A stretch of DNA of 64,000 nucleotides from the NCBI GenBank assembly GCA_963817525.1, contig CAWFOU010000001.1, positions 96,001 to 160,000 of the forward strand, in the 5' to 3' direction. A program made the position numbers and the translations under genes. Below, in pieces: positions 57,947 through 64,000 of the stretch. The notes below the pieces were generated by a model. That model worked only from the letters and a program-made list of their open reading frames with translations, was not told where the DNA came from and did not search any database. Origin of the DNA: an uncultured archaeon (GTDB lineage Archaea > Thermoproteota > Nitrososphaeria > Nitrososphaerales > Gagatemarchaeaceae). Within the stretch, counting starts at the first letter, position 1, and every line of letters begins with the position of its first letter.

Positions 57947-58882
57947 CTACGCTTGCTCCGACAGGTCGCCGTACATCGTCTTGAGCTTCCTGTACCTGTT
58001 GGACTCGTAGATGTAGTGCCCAGAGCCGATTCTCGTTGTGAAGATCGAGGAGTGGCGCGCGGCCTTGGTGAACTTCCTGTTGAGGGCCCAGGACTTCATC
58101 TTGAGGAAGGAGCCCAGGGTCAGATGGAGAAAGGAGTTCAGGACCACCGAACCCTCCTGCCCCCCTCGTGCGGCCCGAAGCGGCCGCAGGTCGGGGACGG
58201 CGTCGCGCACCCTCATCCTGTAGAACGTCGGGAAGTAGTCCTCCATCCAGGAAGCCTCCGCGAGGAGCGCGCGATAGGCCGTCCCTCCAGAGATCAGCTT
58301 GGCTGTCAGAGCGTCCCGTGCGAAGATGGCGCTCTGCCTCTTCCCGAAGGCCTCACGCGCCCACCTTTCATCCATGATGCAGCTGAAGCAGAGCACCGGT
58401 GCGCCTCTGTTCGCAAGGCGGTGTATCCTAGCCATCAGGATCGCCCTGAGCATGAAAGACCACATGCCATTGGTCGTCGTGACACAGAAGAAGTCTATGT
58501 CATCGTCCTCTCGCGCTGAGAGGAATGAGTTCCCTCCGCTGACCGAGACAAGGAGAGTACCGCCTCTCAGGGCCCCCCCGAACATGCTAGCAATCCTCAG
58601 GTTAGCCGCCGCGCGTTCCCGCTTTTTCAGTTCCTCTTCCACCGCCTGCCTAGGCGTCTCGCCTGAGACCGCGGGCCTTTCTAGGATGTAGCCGGACTCC
58701 AGCTGGAACTTCGACCCCAGCCTTTGGTCGGAATTGAAGGCTCCCTCGAGCTCGAGCTCGCTTGTTTCGATCGCCGCGAGCCCGATGAGCTCGCGGAGGG
58801 TGACCGCCGCCCCGCTCTCCTTCGCGATCCTGCAGAGGGCTTCTAGCTCCCGCTCCTGTCGCTCGGTGAGGGCGGCGCTCAT
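57947..58882 (-). CDS. Pol-beta-superfamily nucleotidyltransferase-like protein
   Basis: VSVSGG...DDDIDFFCV motif. Confidence 0.6.
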   Translation of the reverse strand: MSAALTERQERELEALCRIAKESGAAVTLRELIGLAAIETSELELEGAFNSDQRLGSKFQLESGYILERPAVSGETPRQAVEEELKKRERAAANLRIASMFGGALRGGTLLVSVSGGNSFLSAREDDDIDFFCVTTTNGMWSFMLRAILMARIHRLANRGAPVLCFSCIMDERWAREAFGKRQSAIFARDALTAKLISGGTAYRALLAEASWMEDYFPTFYRMRVRDAVPDLRPLRAARGGQEGSVVLNSFLHLTLGSFLKMKSWALNRKFTKAARHSSIFTTRIGSGHYIYESNRYRKLKTMYGDLSEQA

Positions 58883-58883
58883 G

Positions 58884-59852
58884 CTAACCTTGCTCGTATC
58901 TCTTCCAGACTGCGTGGCCCGCGTTCGAGACGAAGGTGTCCCACAGTGCGCCCGAAAGGGCGAGGAACTCGCCCATCGCCGCCACGGGCAAGACCAGGAC
59001 CCGCTTCGGCCTCTTCGCGAGCATCCTGGTGACGATCCTGAAACTCTCGGCGGGGCTGAAGAACATCATCGTCTCAACCGTCCGTGGGGCCTTGCCCACC
59101 AGCCTCTTCACCTGGATGTGACCGAAGAGGATCCTGCGCCTCTGCCTGATGAGGTCGATCATCCTCCTGGGCACGTCTATGTGCACCACCGCCTCGGGCT
59201 GGAAGGAGATGCGCAGGCCCATCTCTCGGATCCTTCCCGCGATGTACGCGCCGTCGTTGACGACCGCCGTCGGGAGCTCGGGCAGGAGCTCGCTCCGGAT
59301 CACCATGAGCTCGTCCGTCCCGTGGTTCCTCTGCTCACCCTGATAGGGGTCGGAGGAGAGGATGTCGAACGAACTCCACATCATGTCGAGGACGTCGGAT
59401 ATGATGCCCTTGGGCCTCGCGAACACCGGCCGCCCCGAGACGAACCCCACCCACTTGTCTCGCTCTATGCTATTTAGGAGCACGGGTATCGAGGTCGCGT
59501 CGATCATCGCGTCAGCGTTCACGTAGACTAGGAAGTCGCCCTCGGTCTCCCTGAAGATTTCGTTCAACGCGTCGGCCTTCCCGGTCCTCTTCTCGTGCTC
59601 GAGGAGCCTCAGCCTCCGGTCCCTCGCCGCGGCTTCCCTGGCCACACGCAGGGTGCTCTCGGAGCAGTCGCTTGCGACCAGCACGACCTTCCGCATCAGG
59701 AACCCAGGGATCTCGCTAGAGAGGACCATCTGGAGGAGCGGCTTTATCGTCGGCGGCTGCCCGGTCGCGCATATCCCCACCGTGAAGGTGTAGAGCCTGT
59801 GCTTCGACGGCTGGCCTCTTGCCTGTTTGTCACCGACCTTCTCGCTTTGCAT
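58884..59852 (-). CDS. GT2 glycosyltransferase
   Basis: GKADALN, NADA, VND, QRRR. Confidence 0.88.
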   Translation of the reverse strand: MQSEKVGDKQARGQPSKHRLYTFTVGICATGQPPTIKPLLQMVLSSEIPGFLMRKVVLVASDCSESTLRVAREAAARDRRLRLLEHEKRTGKADALNEIFRETEGDFLVYVNADAMIDATSIPVLLNSIERDKWVGFVSGRPVFARPKGIISDVLDMMWSSFDILSSDPYQGEQRNHGTDELMVIRSELLPELPTAVVNDGAYIAGRIREMGLRISFQPEAVVHIDVPRRMIDLIRQRRRILFGHIQVKRLVGKAPRTVETMMFFSPAESFRIVTRMLAKRPKRVLVLPVAAMGEFLALSGALWDTFVSNAGHAVWKRYEQG

Positions 59853-60067
59853 GTTCCGTTGCTCTCTTTCAAGACGTCGGCCCCGCGGGTCCGGCGGCCT
59901 GTCGCCCGTTTCATGAGCTTTGAGCCTGATAAGGGTTTTCAATTCGATTTGACTAGAATGTTGAAAAATCGTTATTATTCCCTCCCACAGTCACTCGGAA
60001 AGCCGCCCGCACTTGCGGGCAGTGGTGAACATAACTGAGGCCAAGACTAAGGAGGTTCCTCCTCGGA

Positions 60068-61627
60068 ATGGGGGCCGGTGCTGTCGCGATGTCGATCTCG
60101 CTGTTCATCCGGCTCTTCTTCGGGGGAGTCTTCCTGCCGGAACTGGCAGTCGGGGCGCTGGTCACCAATACCCCTGGCTCGGTCGAGTCTGTGCTGGTGA
60201 CCAACCTCCAGTACCTTGCGAAGTACTCCGCCCTCACCGGCGCGGTCATCATCAACCTCCTGCTCTACGGCGCCATCGCGTCGCTCCTCTCCGGGGTGAG
60301 CGGGAGGAAGGACTATGGGGACCGCATATCGATCTACACCTTCTGCGCCTATGGCGTCCTCCTGCTCCTCACCATCGTCGCCCTTGCGTTGACGCAGATC
60401 GTCAGCTCGCCGCAACCACTTCCCACGGTGATCCTCACCCTCCTGCCTCCGCAGTTGGCGTACGGAGTCGTCCTGGCGGGCGGTGAGCGGTTCGCCCCCC
60501 TCCAGACGGGAGTCATCTGCGAGCCGCTAAAGCCGCCGACCCGGAGCTCTGGAGGGAAAGCGAAGCAGAAGTTCGACAGGAGGAGGCGCTTGATCATACA
60601 GGCCGGAGCCGCCACCGCCGTCGCAGGCGTCCTCCTGTACTATGGCGTGGGGCTCCTCTTCCCAAAGCCTGGCGTCAGCCAGGTGGACGCGGTCAGCGCG
60701 CTCGATGCTCAGGCCGTGACGGAAGTGACGCCCGTTGACAATTTCTACCGGGTCGACGTCAACATCTTCCCGCCGAACGTGGACTCGAGCACGTGGAGCC
60801 TCCCGATAACTGGTCTCGTCTCGAAGGACGTGACCCTGACCTACGAGTCGCTCATGGCCATGCCTCCGCAGAGCCAGTACAACACCCTCGAGTGCGTGAG
60901 CAACGACACCGACGGGGACCTGATCAGCACCGCCAAATGGACCGGCGTGAAGTTCAGCGACATCCTCTCTCAGGCCGGGGTTAGCGGGGACGCGACATAC
61001 GTGGTCTTCGAGGCGACGGACGGCTACAGCGTCGGGATACCGATGGCCAAGGCGATGGACCCCGGGACGATCCTGGCCTATCAGATTAACGGCGTGCCGC
61101 TCCCGGCGGAGCACGGTTACCCGGCCAGGATGATAGTCCCGGGCTACTACGGGATGATGAACTGCAAGTGGGTGACCGGCATCAAGGTCGTGGCAGAGAC
61201 CTATCAGGGGTACTGGCAGGTCAGAGGGTGGATCAACGAAGCCCAGTACGAGACCGGATCGTTCATCGTGACGCCCGGCACGGCTCAGGTCGCCGACCGC
61301 TTTGGGGTGGCCGGGGCGCCGAACGTCCCCCTGGGGATGGTCCCAGTGGCGGGCGTGGCCTTCGCGGGGGACAGGGGCATCGAAAAGGTCGAGGTGAGCA
61401 CCGACGGGGGGAACACCTGGAACCTGGCGAGCCTCCAAGATCCGCTCTCACAGTACACCTGGGTGCTCTGGACTGCAGACTGGAATCCCCCGGCCAAGGG
61501 CAATTACTCAATAACCGTTCGCGCTACCGACGGGACCGGAGCGGTGCAGACCGCTTCGATGGCAACCCCCTTCCCAGGAGGAGCGACGGGATACGCAATC
61601 GTCGACGTGGGCGTCACGTCGGGCTGA
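60068..61627 (+). CDS. Membrane-anchored sulfite oxidase-family molybdoenzyme
   Basis: LECVSN, AKWTGV, HGYPAR..VPG.YG, KWV and dimerisation domain; possible CTG start at 60035. Confidence 0.9.
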   Translation: MGAGAVAMSISLFIRLFFGGVFLPELAVGALVTNTPGSVESVLVTNLQYLAKYSALTGAVIINLLLYGAIASLLSGVSGRKDYGDRISIYTFCAYGVLLLLTIVALALTQIVSSPQPLPTVILTLLPPQLAYGVVLAGGERFAPLQTGVICEPLKPPTRSSGGKAKQKFDRRRRLIIQAGAATAVAGVLLYYGVGLLFPKPGVSQVDAVSALDAQAVTEVTPVDNFYRVDVNIFPPNVDSSTWSLPITGLVSKDVTLTYESLMAMPPQSQYNTLECVSNDTDGDLISTAKWTGVKFSDILSQAGVSGDATYVVFEATDGYSVGIPMAKAMDPGTILAYQINGVPLPAEHGYPARMIVPGYYGMMNCKWVTGIKVVAETYQGYWQVRGWINEAQYETGSFIVTPGTAQVADRFGVAGAPNVPLGMVPVAGVAFAGDRGIEKVEVSTDGGNTWNLASLQDPLSQYTWVLWTADWNPPAKGNYSITVRATDGTGAVQTASMATPFPGGATGYAIVDVGVTSG

Positions 61628-61631
61628 CGGC

Positions 61632-61913
61632 CTACAGCGTTATCTTGAGGAGGACTGCCAGTCCCACGAACTCGAGCACCGACACCATCGAGAGGTAGGG
61701 CAATGCCTCCCTTCCAAAGAACGGCGCCATGGTCGCGTACGAGTAGACCGTGAGGAGACTGTTCGCCAGCAGGAGCAGGGCGAAAAACACCAGCCCGACG
61801 GAGTGGGACGCGCGGCTCCTTATCGCGATCCCTGCGAAGACCACTAGCAGGACGACTAGGAGCGCGGCGTTGAGCGCCGAGAAGACGATCGCAACCTCCA
61901 TCATCGGGTCCAT
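61632..61913 (-). CDS. Small three-TM membrane protein
   Basis: Hydrophobic ORF divergent from the HTH gene. Confidence 0.7.
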   Translation of the reverse strand: MDPMMEVAIVFSALNAALLVVLLVVFAGIAIRSRASHSVGLVFFALLLLANSLLTVYSYATMAPFFGREALPYLSMVSVLEFVGLAVLLKITL

Positions 61914-62011
61914 TCTTCTCTAATCTGGCGCGGAATCGCCCTCCGGAGTATTAAGCCTATTTCAGATTCTCCTCACTCACGGATAAATAGCGTCTGGGGA
62001 TTTCGGCGGTC

Positions 62012-62317
62012 GTGCCCGACAACGAGGACCTCCGCCGCCTCCTCTGGTACCTCCTGGGGGCGACCAGGGGCGGGGAGATGAGGGCACGGCTCATCCAGGC
62101 GCTGAGGGTCCAGCCGGGAAACATGAACCAGCTCGCGAAACGACTGGGCGTCGAGTACAGGACGATACAACACCACATCGAGGTCCTGAAGAAGAACTCA
62201 CTGGTGGACTCCACCGGAGAACACTACGGCCTGACCTACTTCTTGACGCCCTGGATGGAGGCGCACATAGAGGTCTTCGACGACCTCTGCCGGAAGCTCA
62301 AGTTCGAACTTGAGTGA
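62012..62317 (+). CDS. ArsR-like winged-helix regulator
   Basis: LLWYLLGATRGG.MR...NMNQLAKRLGVEYRTIQHHIEVL. Confidence 0.88.
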   Translation: MPDNEDLRRLLWYLLGATRGGEMRARLIQALRVQPGNMNQLAKRLGVEYRTIQHHIEVLKKNSLVDSTGEHYGLTYFLTPWMEAHIEVFDDLCRKLKFELE

Positions 62318-62517
62318 GATCTCGAAGAGATGTGGGATCGAGATTGAAATACCGCTAATTGGAATTATTACCGCCCGGAGCCCTGCTGAATCTTCCCGGG
62401 TCAGAGCGACGGGCGGTCGGAGACGCGGCCTTCGCGGTCGTCGCCACGGCCTCCCTCGCCGCGTAGTCGCTTCCGCGACCGTCGAGCTTTAAGCGCCCGG
62501 GCGCACATCCCACGGCC

Positions 62518-64000
62518 TTGGACCCACTCCCCAGCCCCGAGGAGGTCGCGTACATCCTGAAGCGATACCTCTCGGTAAAGTCCGCGTACTCTCCCACGTT
62601 CTCCCCCGACGGGAAGACCCTCGCGTACCTCTCCGACCTTACCGGGGTCCCGCAGGTATGGACGACCGGGCTCGCCCCCGACAGCGCCCCGCAGCAGATC
62701 ACCCTGGAGGAGGAGAGGGTAGGCTTCGTGAGCTACGCCCCGAAGAGCGACAGGATGGCCTTCGGCGTGGACCGCGGAGGGAGCGAGCGATACCAGATCC
62801 ACATGCTCGAGGAAGGCGGGGACCGCGTCGTCAAGCTCACCGACGAGCCGAGCGTCATACACAACTGGGGGGACTGGTCTCCCGACGAGAACTCCATCAC
62901 CTTCTCGTCCAACGCGAGGAGCCAGCAGTACTTTGACATCTACGTGCAGGACCTGGGAGACCGCTCGAAGGAGCTCGTCTACGAGTACGACGGCAACGCC
63001 TACCCGGTCACGTGGAGCCCTGACGGCTCCAAGATCCTGTTCGAGGTCGCCCATGCCCCATTCGACCACGATCTGTTCCTCTTGGAGCTGGACGACAGGA
63101 GCGCCGACCCCCTCACCCAGCACGCCGGGGAGGCTGCCTTCTACTCGCCCATCTTCGACGAATCGGGGAGGTTCCTCTATTGCCTCACGGACAGGGACAA
63201 GGAGTTCTCGGCCGTGGCTAGGATCGACGTCGCCTCTCACGAGCTGGAGTACATCTACGCGGAGGACTGGGACGTCGAAGGGCTCTCGTCGACGAAGGAC
63301 AAGAGGACCTTCGCCTTCACCGTCAACGAGGGCGGCGCGTCCAGGCTGATGCTCTGGGACATCCCGAACAAGCTCCAGAAGGAGGTGCCCCTCCCCTCGG
63401 GAGTGGTGGGAGGGCTCGACTGGTCGAACGACGGCAGGAGGCTCGCCTTCTCCCTCTCCTCCTCGTCCTCGAACTCCGACCTCTGGGTGTTCGAGCTAGA
63501 GGACAGGACGACGCTGCGGGGGAGCCTCTCCAGGGTCACTACATCCTCGACCTGCGGGATACCGGCATCGAGCTTCGTGGGGCCAGAGCTCGTCAGGACC
63601 AGGTCGTTCGACGAGCTCGAGGTCCCCTCGTTCCTCTACCTTCCGAAGACGGCGGCCGCACAGTTCCCTCTCATAGTCTACCTCCACGGCGGGCCAGAGT
63701 CACAGTTCCGGCCCGGCTTCAGCCCTCTCCTCCAGTTCTTCCTGAAGCTCGGATTCGCAGTCCTAGCCACCAACTTCAGGGGCAGCACGGGATACGGCAG
63801 GAAGTACACCCACCTCGACGACGTGAAAGGGAGGATGGACACGGTAAGCGACGCAGAGTACGCGCTCCGCCACGTCCTGGGCAAGTACCCTGTCGACAAG
63901 GAGAAGGTGGCAGCTTGGGGAGGGAGCTACGGGGGCTTCATGGTCCTCGCCTGCCTATACTCGAACCCTGGGATGTGGGCGGCAGGCGTGGACATAGTGG
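62518..64000 (+). CDS. S9 family (acylaminoacyl/prolyl oligo) peptidase, partial
   Basis: TTG 62518; WD40/TolB-like SPDG repeats, HGGPE, NFRGSTGYG, GGSYGG; runs off the window edge. Confidence 0.92.
   Translation, partial: MDPLPSPEEVAYILKRYLSVKSAYSPTFSPDGKTLAYLSDLTGVPQVWTTGLAPDSAPQQITLEEERVGFVSYAPKSDRMAFGVDRGGSERYQIHMLEEGGDRVVKLTDEPSVIHNWGDWSPDENSITFSSNARSQQYFDIYVQDLGDRSKELVYEYDGNAYPVTWSPDGSKILFEVAHAPFDHDLFLLELDDRSADPLTQHAGEAAFYSPIFDESGRFLYCLTDRDKEFSAVARIDVASHELEYIYAEDWDVEGLSSTKDKRTFAFTVNEGGASRLMLWDIPNKLQKEVPLPSGVVGGLDWSNDGRRLAFSLSSSSSNSDLWVFELEDRTTLRGSLSRVTTSSTCGIPASSFVGPELVRTRSFDELEVPSFLYLPKTAAAQFPLIVYLHGGPESQFRPGFSPLLQFFLKLGFAVLATNFRGSTGYGRKYTHLDDVKGRMDTVSDAEYALRHVLGKYPVDKEKVAAWGGSYGGFMVLACLYSNPGMWAAGVDIV

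Noticed and set aside
60035-60067. CTG start for the molybdoenzyme (GGTGA 6 nt upstream)
   Set aside because: Plausible, but ATG 60068 has its own AGGAGG, so it cannot be decided.
1-64000. CRISPR array, tRNA/rRNA, IS elements, defence systems
   Set aside because: No regularly spaced repeats, canonical cloverleaf or transposase motifs were recognised by eye; a covariance-model search could still find small RNAs.

Overview
GC-rich archaeal chromosome segment, most consistent with a Nitrososphaerota (Thaumarchaeota) lineage: it has a Ser-type archaeosortase, single-OB SSB, the archaeal ADH/DHQS-II shikimate entry, TATA-box promoters and many apparently leaderless genes. Contents in order: a TrmB regulator with membrane and ABC (LolD/FtsX) genes, Hsp20, a metal-homeostasis island (CDF-like, RcnA-like, CsoR/RcnR, NRAMP, DtxR), a cysteine synthase-rhodanese fusion, a hexapeptide acyltransferase split by a LAGLIDADG element, AglH-like GT4, SSB, stress genes, a complete trpEGDCFBA operon converging on an 11-gene aspartokinase-to-tyrA operon, pyrBI, glycosylation genes, a molybdoenzyme and a partial S9 peptidase. 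No rRNA, tRNA, CRISPR array or transposase was recognised. The best novelty candidates are mostly invisible in the ORF track: (1) a Phe/Tyr-rich 24-aa leader peptide with alternative SD-sequestering hairpins before the aromatic operon (attenuation-like control in an archaeon); (2) a 39-aa signal-peptide-like ORF facing a tandem Lrp/AsnC-like regulator (possible peptide-signalling pair); (3) a free-standing LAGLIDADG gene that truncates its host gene and supplies a replacement N-terminus; (4) several apparent CTG/ACG/ATC start codons. All calls come from reading the sequence by eye; no searches or folding programs were run.
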